Shown one piece after another: positions 36,911 through 45,344 of a stretch of DNA of 64,000 nucleotides. Made by a program: the position numbers and the translations under genes. Below the pieces are notes generated by a model, which ran no database searches, was not told where the DNA came from, and worked only from the letters and a program-made list of their open reading frames with translations. Source of the stretch: Actinomycetota bacterium (lineage in GTDB: Bacteria > Actinomycetota > Acidimicrobiia > Acidimicrobiales > Palsa-688); NCBI GenBank assembly GCA_021323695.1, contig JAJPKN010000053.1, positions 10,618 to 74,617 of the forward strand. The letters are read 5' to 3'. Position 1 is the first letter of the stretch. The number at the start of each line of letters is the position of its first letter.

Positions 36911-37924
36911 CTACATGCCTCCCTTTGGGTTGTCGAGACGGCCACCTGTGCCCGCACCTGGCGACCCGCCATCGAGATTGGCACCGTGACCTCGGGTATG
37001 GGCGAGCGCGAGCGCAACAGCACCACGGAGAGAAGCGTCCGTGGGGAACCGGGAGGCAACCACTTCAGGCCCCAAGGGAGGTGGGACCTGCAAGCCAGCT
37101 CGCAGGGCGGGCAGGATGCGCTGTGCGGCTGCCATCAGGCCGCCCCCGACAACGACCCGCTGCGGGTCAAGCAGCAGGACGATGTTGGACAGGTGAGCCG
37201 CCAGTGCAGCCAGGGCCTGCGCGACCAGGCGGCCCGCCGTTGCGTCGGTGGCATCGAAAAGCTCCTCGGCGGTAATGGGTTGGCCAAGGAGCTCACTGGC
37301 AGTGCGCGATAGCCCACGGCCGCCGACAATGTCCTCGAGGGACCGAGCCTCGTCCTTGGCAAAGGTGGTTGCTACGGTGCTGTAGCCAATCTCTCCAGCA
37401 CAACCATGGGCCCCCTCGAGCACATGCCCATCAACTACTACCGCGGCGCCGACGCCTGTCCCCAGGTTCACGTACACGCCCGGATCTGCACCGTGCAGCG
37501 CACCCCAGCGCAGTTCCGCCAGCGCCCCACATTTGACGTCGTTGCCGAGCACCACCTCGTTGGCCCCGAGCTCGTCCTGCACCCTGTCGCGAAGAGGTAC
37601 ATGGTCCCACCCAGCGATGTTCGGCGACAACAGGGTGCCCGACGGGGTGGGGATCCCGGGTGTGGATATGCCGATACCGGCGCAGTAGCGATAGCCAGAG
37701 GAGATTGCTTGTCTCATCATGGCTTGGGTGCCGGCCAAGGCAGAACTGAGGACTGCGTCAGCCGGCTGGTCAGGGTGGCTTGGGATCACCAGTTGGCGGA
37801 GCAACCTGCCGTCGGGGTCTGCGATGGCGATGGCAGTTTTCGAGCCGCCGAAATCGATCGCGGCTACAAAGGCGCCGTCGAGGCGCTTGTTGGGTGAGCC
37901 TCCCACGTTGTCGTCCCCGGCCAT
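36911..37924 (-). CDS. ROK family sugar kinase
   Basis: AAIDFGGSKTAIAIAD, GIGISTPGIP, GCAGEIGY. The usual CxCGxxGC zinc motif was not seen. Confidence 0.8.
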   Translation of the reverse strand: MAGDDNVGGSPNKRLDGAFVAAIDFGGSKTAIAIADPDGRLLRQLVIPSHPDQPADAVLSSALAGTQAMMRQAISSGYRYCAGIGISTPGIPTPSGTLLSPNIAGWDHVPLRDRVQDELGANEVVLGNDVKCGALAELRWGALHGADPGVYVNLGTGVGAAVVVDGHVLEGAHGCAGEIGYSTVATTFAKDEARSLEDIVGGRGLSRTASELLGQPITAEELFDATDATAGRLVAQALAALAAHLSNIVLLLDPQRVVVGGGLMAAAQRILPALRAGLQVPPPLGPEVVASRFPTDASLRGAVALALAHTRGHGANLDGGSPGAGTGGRLDNPKGGM

Positions 37925-39121
37925 TCAGCTCTGCCCCTGCACTGGCCGTGCCTCTTGGTCGTAGCGCGGCCCGAAACGGCGGTCACCCGTACGGAGGCCG
38001 AAAACTGCCTGGGTGCGTGCTCGGGTCACAAACGACTGTGGCCGGAAGCAACAGACGACGGTGTCCCCCACCGTGACACCCGCGCTCGCGGCTCCCCGGA
38101 GGATCGCGTAGTACGAGATCGCACCATCCGGTGCTACATCGAGGGGAAGGCGTCGCCCGAGCGCCTCTTCATCGTGCCCCACCAGCGCGCTGAGCCTGTA
38201 GTCGCCGAGGACCTTGTCGGCGTAGTACCCCGCAGCCAAGACGTAGCCGTCCTCACCGTCCAAGTGGGACACCTCGCTCACGAACACGACGGCTGGGATC
38301 TCTGGGGAGCCGTCGTCGAAGAGCTGAAGAGGCGTTGTGCCGTGCAGGGCGTTCCCCGGCTCGACGTGGGTGGCGCCAACCTCAGCAAGCAGGGCCAGGG
38401 TCCCGGTGGAGGTGGTCCCGGGCGCGTTCAGTTGTGAGACTTCGAAACCCGCTGCGCGCAGTTGTGCTGCTGCCGCCACGAGAGTCTTGAGGTTTGGTGT
38501 TGGCACGACCTTCCTGAGCGCTTTGTCGGCCAGCAGGCAAGGAAAAGTGGTCACCCCGGCCACATGGACGCCAGGCACGGCGTCCACTTTCTTGGCGGCA
38601 GCCACCACCTCCTCGAGGGGGAAGCCGCCGCCGTGGCCGAAGTAGAACACGTCGCCCGGCGCGTGCACACGGAGGAGGACTGCTTGGTCAGCGCCAGCCC
38701 GGACGGCGGCAGCGCCGATCCTGCGGGCGACGTGCTCGTTGAACACCGTCACCACTTCAGGGCGCGCAGCTACGACGGTGTCTTCGGCACCGCGATGGGG
38801 CTGGACGAGATGGCCGACGTGGCCGACAGCGAGACCGTTGCCGACCAAAGCTTCCATCCCCTGAAGGTCGACGGCGACAGCCGAGGGCAGCCCGCCGGCC
38901 ACGACGGCGCGGCAGGCATCGGGGTTGCGCCCGAACTGCTTGGCCATGTAATAGACGCCAAGGTCATGGCGCTTTGCCTCCGCGGCCAGCGTGGCCGCGT
39001 TCGCCTGCATGGCATCGGCGTCGAGCAGGTAGGTGTTGGCCAGCACGGCGCCGGACTGGTGCGCGGCCACAGCCGCGGCTGCTAGCTGTGGGTTACGCCG
39101 AAGGAGGCGGTCAAGGAACAT
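37925..39121 (-). CDS. YhfX-like PLP-binding protein (alanine racemase N-terminal domain fold)
   Basis: MFLDRLLRRNPQL..., YYMAKQFGRNP, HVGHLVQ, TTFPCLLAD, VVPTPNL, THVEPGNALHGT. Resemblance to E. coli YhfX is from memory. ATG at 39121 overlaps the regulator stop by 11 nt. Confidence 0.65.
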   Translation of the reverse strand: MFLDRLLRRNPQLAAAAVAAHQSGAVLANTYLLDADAMQANAATLAAEAKRHDLGVYYMAKQFGRNPDACRAVVAGGLPSAVAVDLQGMEALVGNGLAVGHVGHLVQPHRGAEDTVVAARPEVVTVFNEHVARRIGAAAVRAGADQAVLLRVHAPGDVFYFGHGGGFPLEEVVAAAKKVDAVPGVHVAGVTTFPCLLADKALRKVVPTPNLKTLVAAAAQLRAAGFEVSQLNAPGTTSTGTLALLAEVGATHVEPGNALHGTTPLQLFDDGSPEIPAVVFVSEVSHLDGEDGYVLAAGYYADKVLGDYRLSALVGHDEEALGRRLPLDVAPDGAISYYAILRGAASAGVTVGDTVVCCFRPQSFVTRARTQAVFGLRTGDRRFGPRYDQEARPVQGQS

Positions 39122-40298
39122 CAGCGTGCCCTTTGCCTGGCAGTGCCTGTAAGCCTTCCAACCCTGGGCCGACGGAGCCATCGAGGAGCGATGGGTCGAC
39201 ACCGACAGCTATATAGGCATCGTGCAGGCCCGAGATCACGGCTCCGATCGCGCCGGCGAGGTCGCCGAGCGAGGACAGCCTGACCTCGGGAGGGTTCGGC
39301 ACCGCGGCGCGGAGCCGGGCTTGGAGGCGAGGGAGCACGGCTGCGAGCGAGTCGGCAACACCGCCTCCGAGGACTACCACTTCCGGTTCATAGGCGGCTG
39401 TGGCAGCCACGACGGCGAGCAGGAGGCCGTCTTCGAAGCGGGCTCGGACTGCTCGCAGGGGCGGCAGGGCCGGAGCGGCAAAGATGGCTTCAGGAGAGGG
39501 GATCTCTATGCCTCGCCGCTGCGCCGCCGCCACCAGGCCCCGCGCCGAAAGGATCTCTTCCAGTGCCTCCCCTCGCCCACCGAAGGGGAGGTAGCCGAAC
39601 TCTCCGACCAGCCCGGTCCGGCCTCGTAAGAGGCGGTGGTCGAGCACAACACCGGCACCGAGGCCGGCGCCGATGGTGAACATTACAGCGCTGCGTTTGC
39701 CTTGGGCGGCACCAAGGCGCATTTCACCGAGCGCGGCCAGGTTGGAATCGTTGTCGAAGCCGACTGTGGCCGGCAGCTGGGAGCGCAGGTGTGCCACGAA
39801 GTCCAGGCCTTCGACCTGGGGGAGGTTGGGTGCCGCCCTTACTGCTGAGGTTTCGATGTCCACGATGCCGGGCAGCCCGACGGTTACGAACAGGAACGGC
39901 GGTCTTTCGACGAGGGCACGGACCTCGTCGCCCACCCAAGCAGCCAGGCGCCGTGTCGACAGACGCGCCGGAGTGGGCTTGCGGGCCCGGCCCATCACCT
40001 GGCCGAGAAGGTCTACGGCAAGCATGCGGCAGTTGGATCCCCCCAGGTCGACCCCCACTACCGCTCCCGCCTCGGCTACCACTTCTACGGGTGTGACCCG
40101 CCGTCCTGGGCGGCCAGTTCGCAGTGACGGCGCCTCGCGTGCGAGGCCATCGGCTACGAGCCCGTCGACCACGCGTGAAACCGTGGCCGCGCTCAACTCC
40201 GTCACTTCGGCCAGCCTGACCCGGGTGGCTGTCCCTTCTTGGAGCAGCGCCCACAGCACGGCGGACCGGTTGACTTGCCGCGCGGCACTAGGTTCCAT
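39111..40298 (-). CDS. ROK family transcriptional regulator
   Basis: N-terminal winged HTH (NRSAVLWALLQEGTATRVRLAEVTELSAATVSRVVDGLVADGL) followed by a ROK domain (VGVDLGGSN, GLVGEFGY). Confidence 0.85.
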   Translation of the reverse strand: MEPSAARQVNRSAVLWALLQEGTATRVRLAEVTELSAATVSRVVDGLVADGLAREAPSLRTGRPGRRVTPVEVVAEAGAVVGVDLGGSNCRMLAVDLLGQVMGRARKPTPARLSTRRLAAWVGDEVRALVERPPFLFVTVGLPGIVDIETSAVRAAPNLPQVEGLDFVAHLRSQLPATVGFDNDSNLAALGEMRLGAAQGKRSAVMFTIGAGLGAGVVLDHRLLRGRTGLVGEFGYLPFGGRGEALEEILSARGLVAAAQRRGIEIPSPEAIFAAPALPPLRAVRARFEDGLLLAVVAATAAYEPEVVVLGGGVADSLAAVLPRLQARLRAAVPNPPEVRLSSLGDLAGAIGAVISGLHDAYIAVGVDPSLLDGSVGPGLEGLQALPGKGHADVP

Positions 40299-40341
40299 AC
40301 GATAATACCTTCAGTCTGCAATCTATTACACTATGATCGTA
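40298..40341. promoter_or_regulatory. candidate operator: inverted repeat TACGATAATA-N24-TATGATCGTA in an AT-rich divergent promoter region
   Basis: 9 of 10 positions are complementary. Lies between the ROK regulator (start 40298) and the divergent SIS gene (40434). This is the most AT-rich stretch I noticed in the window. Confidence 0.4.
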
Positions 40342-40433
40342 AAGCTGGGTAGGTTGGCTGTCAAGGGCCCCTGGGCCAAGTAGGGGAGCACCACGCGGGC
40401 CGGGGCGTACAACGACCAGAGGAGCTGTGCACA

Positions 40434-41474
40434 GTGCCTGGAGCACAACCAAATGTCCTCCTCGACATGGCTGAGCAACCAGCCGTCCTCGAGCGTCTGC
40501 TGGCCCGCCGCTCCGCCCTGCGGGAGGAGCTTGCCCCCCTTCGCTCGTCCCGGTACGAGGGCGTGCTGCTGGTAGCTCGGGGCTCCTCGGACAACGCCGC
40601 CTCCTACGGCCGCTACCTGCTTGAGCTAGCGCTCGACTTGCCTGCGGCGCTCGCCGCGAACAGCCTCTTTACCCGCTATGGGTGCGCGACAGGCTTGGCC
40701 CGGTGGCTTGTCGTAGCGGTGAGCCAGTCGGGGTCGACCCCCGAGGTCGTCGACGTGGTGGCCCGCACCCGACAGCTAGGGGCGACGACCCTGGCTGTGA
40801 CGAACGACCTGCACGCGCCTCTGGCTCAGACGGCCGAAGTGGCGATAGCCCTGGACGCTGGTGTCGAGCGGGCCGTCCCGGCAACCAAGACGTTCACAGC
40901 CACGCTGCTCGTGTTCGCCCTCATGGCCGAGCTCCTCGGTGCGGTACCATGGCCCGCCCACTTGCTGGGAACCCTTCCCGGGCTGGTCGAAGACCTGCTC
41001 AACTCTGTGCCGGAGGCCGACGAGACGGTTGCAAAGCTTGCATCTGGCCGGCCAAGCGTGCACCTGGGCCGAGGCTTCCTGTACAGTGCTGCGCTCGAGA
41101 CCGCCTTGAAGATGCGCGAGACCGCCCAGCTGCCCGTATGCGCCTACTCGGTCGCTGACTTCCTGCACGGGCCCATAGCAGCTACGACGGCCGAAACCGT
41201 CGCGGTTTGCCACGTAGGAGGTGGTGCCACAAGGGGGGACGGCCTTTCGGTGATCGATGCCCTGGCCCTGAGAGGCGCCAGCGTGCTCGCCATAGGCCCG
41301 GGCCAGTTCCCGTCCACCTGCTCCAGCGTGCTGCCGGTGGCACCCGTGCCCGAGCCCCTGGCCCCGCTACTGCACTGTGTACGGGGCCAGCAGCTGGCCG
41401 TCCAGGTGGCTCTGGCCCGGGGTGTCGACCCGGACGCTCCGGCGGGGTTGGCGAAGGTCACCCGCACGTCTTGA
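40434..41474 (+). CDS. SIS domain protein (two SIS modules; FrlB/AgaS/GlmS-isomerase-like sugar-phosphate deglycase or deaminase)
   Basis: VLLVARGSSDNAASYGRYLLE, VVAVSQSGSTPEVV, and a second SIS half with LHGPIA. Confidence 0.8.
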   Translation: MPGAQPNVLLDMAEQPAVLERLLARRSALREELAPLRSSRYEGVLLVARGSSDNAASYGRYLLELALDLPAALAANSLFTRYGCATGLARWLVVAVSQSGSTPEVVDVVARTRQLGATTLAVTNDLHAPLAQTAEVAIALDAGVERAVPATKTFTATLLVFALMAELLGAVPWPAHLLGTLPGLVEDLLNSVPEADETVAKLASGRPSVHLGRGFLYSAALETALKMRETAQLPVCAYSVADFLHGPIAATTAETVAVCHVGGGATRGDGLSVIDALALRGASVLAIGPGQFPSTCSSVLPVAPVPEPLAPLLHCVRGQQLAVQVALARGVDPDAPAGLAKVTRTS

Positions 41475-41721
41475 CGCGTGGCTGAGCCCCTCGTGGCAGC
41501 TACCCATCGCGTACCCATCGCAGCCGCAAGCCGGGGGTCGCCGCCGGGCAAAGTTGTACGCCCTAGTGGCGTGACCAGCAGGTCCACATAGCTGGCGGAG
41601 GCACCGGAGACGACCGGCCCCAGCCCGGCCCCGGCGCAGAGGGCTACAGCCGCCGCCGAAGTTCAGCCTCTTGAGCTCGGGCAGTGGGTGTGACCAGGGC
41701 TTGCGCGCCTCGCGGGCCCAG

Positions 41722-41793
41722 TGGGGGCGGGGAGGATCGAACTCCCGACGCACAGATTAAAAGTCTGTCGGTCTGCCACTGACCTACGCCCCC
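41722..41793 (-). tRNA. tRNA-Lys (anticodon UUU)
   Basis: Manual cloverleaf: GGGGGCG/CGCCCCC acceptor stem, anticodon arm ACAGA-CTTTTAA-TCTGT, T arm GGGAG-TTCGATC-CTCCC, discriminator A. 72 nt, CCA not encoded. Confidence 0.9.
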
Positions 41794-41809
41794 GGGCGGC
41801 TTGGCTCGG

Positions 41810-42823
41810 TCATTCTAGGGCTACCCGTCCTGGGGGTAGGAGCATGAGCAGCCCCAGCACCACGCAGGTGGCCACGACGGTGAGCAGCGCAGCCTTTTGC
41901 CTCTGGTCGCGGCCGCCCAGGCCGTAGCCGAAGGCGACCGCCAGCCCGACCCCCAAGCCGCCCAGGTGCGCCAACCAGTTGATGCCCGAGTAGGTGAAGT
42001 CGAACACCAGGTTGAGCACGATTATGGCCACGATGCCCGACGTGTTCAGACGGGCGCGGCGGGCCAGGACGAAAAAGGCGCCGATCAGCCCGAAGATGGC
42101 ACCCGAGGCTCCTGCCGAGGCCTCGGAGCCATTGGCCAGCAGGTAGGTGGCTACCGACCCGCCCAGGCCCGAGAGCAGGTACAGGGCCAGGTACCGCCAC
42201 TTGTCGAGGGCAGGCTCGACCAGCCGGCCGATGATGTACAGCGAGAACATGTTCAGGGCTATGTCCAGCACGTCGTTGGTGACGAAGAACGAGCTGAACA
42301 GCCGGTACCACTGGCCCTGGCGGACCAGGTAGGGGACTTCCCAGGTGCTGGAGGTGAAGGCAGGCGAGGCAGCAGCGGCCAGGAAGAGGACGACGTTGAC
42401 GGCGACCAGCACCATGGTCACCGGGGCGTACCCGGGGCGGGCGAGCCCGCCGGCACCGGGCTGGTAGCGCCGGACGGGTGAGCGGCGGGCATTTAGCCGG
42501 ACGCAGCGCCGGCAGTGCCAGCCGACCGGTGCCTGCACCATGCAGTCGGCGCAGATGGGCCGGTTGCACGAGCGGCAGATGGCACCAGCCAAGCGGTCTG
42601 GGTGCTCGTAGCAGCGGGTGTTGGGCCCGATCTCAACCTGCTCGCTGGCTGGGCCCTGGTAGGCAGCGGGAGGGCTCGGCACCGGGGCGTACGGCCGGCT
42701 GTGGCCGGGTGCCTTGTCCCCGGGGTTGGCGGGGGCCGGGGGCCAGGGTGCTCCCCAGTCACCACCGCCGGGCGGGGAGGTGGGCCAGTTGAAATGGGCC
42801 CCCTCGGGCCTGGAGCTGGCCAT
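41810..42823 (-). CDS. rhomboid family intramembrane serine protease with an N-terminal Cys-rich zinc-ribbon-like segment
   Basis: Catalytic GASGAIFG and AHLGG motifs. N-terminal CYEHPDRLAGAICRSCNRPICADCMVQAPVGWHCRRC. ATG at 42823 within track ORF 41810..42973. Confidence 0.85.
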   Translation of the reverse strand: MASSRPEGAHFNWPTSPPGGGDWGAPWPPAPANPGDKAPGHSRPYAPVPSPPAAYQGPASEQVEIGPNTRCYEHPDRLAGAICRSCNRPICADCMVQAPVGWHCRRCVRLNARRSPVRRYQPGAGGLARPGYAPVTMVLVAVNVVLFLAAAASPAFTSSTWEVPYLVRQGQWYRLFSSFFVTNDVLDIALNMFSLYIIGRLVEPALDKWRYLALYLLSGLGGSVATYLLANGSEASAGASGAIFGLIGAFFVLARRARLNTSGIVAIIVLNLVFDFTYSGINWLAHLGGLGVGLAVAFGYGLGGRDQRQKAALLTVVATCVVLGLLMLLPPGRVALE

Positions 42824-42828
42824 TGCTT

Positions 42829-43434
42829 TCAGTTTGCCATCGCCTGGGCGATGGCCGGGCCGACTGGGGGGACGTTCCAGCAGCGGACGGCGGGCAGCCC
42901 ATGTTCCCAGCTCAAGATGCTGATGGTGGCCGTAGCGGCCATCAAGTGCTGGCCAGCGGAAGGGTCTTGGCACAGCCAGCGTGCCGCCAGCACCCTAAGG
43001 AAGTGCCCGTGCCCGACCAGCAGGGCTCGAGCTGTGCCGGGCAGGTCCAGGAGCCGGTCTATGACCCTGTCTGCCCGGGCGGCCACGTCGGCGGCGCTCT
43101 CGCCTCCTGGCCATGGGCCAGCCCAGATCGTCCAGCCAGGGTAGCGGTGGCGGATCTGCTCTGTGGTCAGTCCCTCCAGCTCTCCGTAGTCCCATTCGAC
43201 CAGGTCATAGTCCAATCGGGGGGCCAGCCCAGCCAGTTCTGCCGTGCGCCGCGCCCGCTCTAGGGGGCTCGACTCCACCAGGTCGAAGGCCACCGTGCGC
43301 AGCACCCGCCCAAGGGCCCTGGCCTCCTCTTCCCCCCGGGCGGTGAGGGGCAGGTCGGTCCGGCTGGTGTGGCGGCCGGCGGCGCTCCATTCGGTCTCGC
43401 CGTGGCGGGCCAGCCACAAAGACTGGCCAGTCAC
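42829..43434 (-). CDS. histidine phosphatase family protein
   Basis: WLARHGETEWSAAGRHTSRTDLPLTARGEEEA and LLVGHGHFLRVL. Confidence 0.85.
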   Translation of the reverse strand: MTGQSLWLARHGETEWSAAGRHTSRTDLPLTARGEEEARALGRVLRTVAFDLVESSPLERARRTAELAGLAPRLDYDLVEWDYGELEGLTTEQIRHRYPGWTIWAGPWPGGESAADVAARADRVIDRLLDLPGTARALLVGHGHFLRVLAARWLCQDPSAGQHLMAATATISILSWEHGLPAVRCWNVPPVGPAIAQAMAN

Positions 43435-43468
43435 TGGCGCCCTGCCGTTGAGCGCAGCCGGTGCGGTC

Positions 43469-44317
43469 TCAAGAGTCCCGTCTGACGAGCAGGGTGCCGG
43501 CCACCCCCAACAGCACCACCACGAACGCCAGCAGGTCGCCCGCGCCCCACCAGGCGGTCAGGGTATGTGGCCCCTGGGTCAGTTCGGTGAGCCTGGCCCC
43601 CGCGTTCGTGGGCCAGTACTCCTCTATGGGGTTGCTCCACGAGGAAGGCAACGCGGACAGGACGCCGGGCAGTATGAAGATGAAGCCGACGCAGCTGGCG
43701 ATGGCGCCGGCGGTGTGGCGCAACAGGGTGCCGGCGCCCAAGCCGATCAGGCCGCCCAGGGTGGCCACGATGCCCCAGCCGACCACCGAACGCACGACGT
43801 TCGGGTCGGTGACCCAGGGGTCAGGGAACGGGTAGGCGGCGATGATGGCGTGGCCGATGAAGAAATCGGCAAAGCTCATCACCTCGCCGGCCACGAACGC
43901 CGTCAGCGTGAAAACTATGACCTTGGCGGCCAGGACCCGGGCCCGTTTGGGGGTGCTCATCAAAGTCGCGCTGATAAGGCCGCTCGAGTACTCGTTGCTG
44001 ACCACCAGGACGCCCAGCACCATGAAAGCCAGGAGGCCGAGCTCCCATCCCGCTTGGATGATGTGGAGAGGGTGGGCCAGAGCGTCGGCACCTGCCCTTT
44101 GGTGGTTCTGGGCGACGGCGAACGAGATCAGGGCAGACAGCCCCACCACCAACAATGCCGCGACCGCGAGGGTGACCGGGGCCGAGCGCAAGGTGCGCAA
44201 CTTGGCCCACTCGGCGCGGATGGTGTCGGCCAGGGTGGGCACCGGCCCCGCCACCGGCCCCCACGACGACGTGGGCACCGGGCTGGGCGGGGCTGGCCGC
44301 GGCGCGGTCGCGGTCAT
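43469..44317 (-). CDS. ABC-2 type transporter permease
   Basis: 282 aa, about 6 TM segments. 4-nt overlap with the upstream ATPase gene. Confidence 0.75.
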   Translation of the reverse strand: MTATAPRPAPPSPVPTSSWGPVAGPVPTLADTIRAEWAKLRTLRSAPVTLAVAALLVVGLSALISFAVAQNHQRAGADALAHPLHIIQAGWELGLLAFMVLGVLVVSNEYSSGLISATLMSTPKRARVLAAKVIVFTLTAFVAGEVMSFADFFIGHAIIAAYPFPDPWVTDPNVVRSVVGWGIVATLGGLIGLGAGTLLRHTAGAIASCVGFIFILPGVLSALPSSWSNPIEEYWPTNAGARLTELTQGPHTLTAWWGAGDLLAFVVVLLGVAGTLLVRRDS

Positions 44318-45264
44318 GGCCGCGCTGCCCCGGCGGGCGAGGCTGCCCCCACGGGGGAGGCAGCTCGGGCGTGGAACTCGACGTCTTCTCTGGTCAGCTC
44401 CATGAAGGCCTCCTCCAGGGACGCCTCCAGAGGCGACAGTTCGTGCACCGCTACGCCGGCCTGGAAGGCTATGTCGCCTACCGTGGCAGCCTCCAGGCCG
44501 TGCACCAGCAGGGAACCGTCCGCGTTGGCCTCTACCGTGGCCCCCGCCGCCTGCAGGCGGGAGCCAAGCGCGTCGGCCCTAGGTGCCCGCAGCCGCACCA
44601 CCTTGCCCGAACTGGCCTTCACCAGGTCGTCGACGCTCGAGTCCTTGATGAGCCGTCCCCGGCCGATCACGATCACGTGCGACGCGGTCAAGGCCATCTC
44701 GCTCATGAGGTGGCTCGACACGAACACCGTCCGTCCCTGGGCGGCCAGAGCCTGCATGAGCGTACGGGCCCAGATGATGCCTTCTGGGTCGAGGCCGTTC
44801 ACAGGCTCGTCGAACAGCAGGACGGGGGGGTCCCCCAGCAAAGCGGCGGCAATGCCCAGGCGTTGGGCCATCCCGAGCGAGAAGGTGCCTGCCCTGCGGT
44901 TGGCGACGTCCTCCAGGCCCACCAAGGCCAGCACCTCGTCGACGCGCCGCCGCGGGATGCGCCCGGCTGCAGCCAAGACCAGCAAGTGGTCGCGGGCCCT
45001 GCGCCCGGGGTGGTAGGCACGGGCGTCCAGCACTGCCCCGACCTCGCGCATGGGCGAGCGCAGGTCGTGGTACCGGTGCCCATTTATGGTGGCGGTGCCG
45101 TGGTCAGGGTGGGCCAGCCCCAACAGGAGCCGGAGGGTGGTCGTCTTGCCCGCCCCGTTGGGCCCGAGGAACCCGGTGACCACTCCTGGCTGCACGTCGA
45201 AAGACAGGTCGTTGACCGCCAGCTTGGCCCCGAAGCGCTTCGTCAGGTTGCGGACCTCGATCAC
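44314..45264 (-). CDS. ABC transporter ATP-binding protein (ABC-2/DrrA-like)
   Basis: GPNGAGKTT, FSLGMAQRLGIA, LLFDEPVNGLD. Confidence 0.9.
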   Translation of the reverse strand: MIEVRNLTKRFGAKLAVNDLSFDVQPGVVTGFLGPNGAGKTTTLRLLLGLAHPDHGTATINGHRYHDLRSPMREVGAVLDARAYHPGRRARDHLLVLAAAGRIPRRRVDEVLALVGLEDVANRRAGTFSLGMAQRLGIAAALLGDPPVLLFDEPVNGLDPEGIIWARTLMQALAAQGRTVFVSSHLMSEMALTASHVIVIGRGRLIKDSSVDDLVKASSGKVVRLRAPRADALGSRLQAAGATVEANADGSLLVHGLEAATVGDIAFQAGVAVHELSPLEASLEEAFMELTREDVEFHARAASPVGAASPAGAARP

Positions 45265-45344
45265 GTGCCTTCAAGCCCTTTCGGTCAAGAGCACGGCCAG
45301 CCACGGCACAACTGCGACCAGGGGCCTTGTTGCCGAGCGTGCTC

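Noticed and set aside
32440-41721. Lower GC content marking the catabolic cluster as a horizontally acquired island
   Set aside because: Hand counts of individual 60-nt lines inside the cluster (about 30-48 G+C) overlap with counts in the nuo membrane-subunit, rhomboid and ABC-2 genes (about 33-48). A compositional shift cannot be supported without a proper sliding-window and codon-usage calculation.
41475-41810. Integration scar, att repeat or integrase next to tRNA-Lys (and likewise 50780-51061 next to tRNA-Glu)
   Set aside because: No integrase or recombinase ORF and no duplicated copy of the tRNA 3' end was found by eye. The only repeat is a trivial one, TACCCATCGC x2 near 41505-41527.
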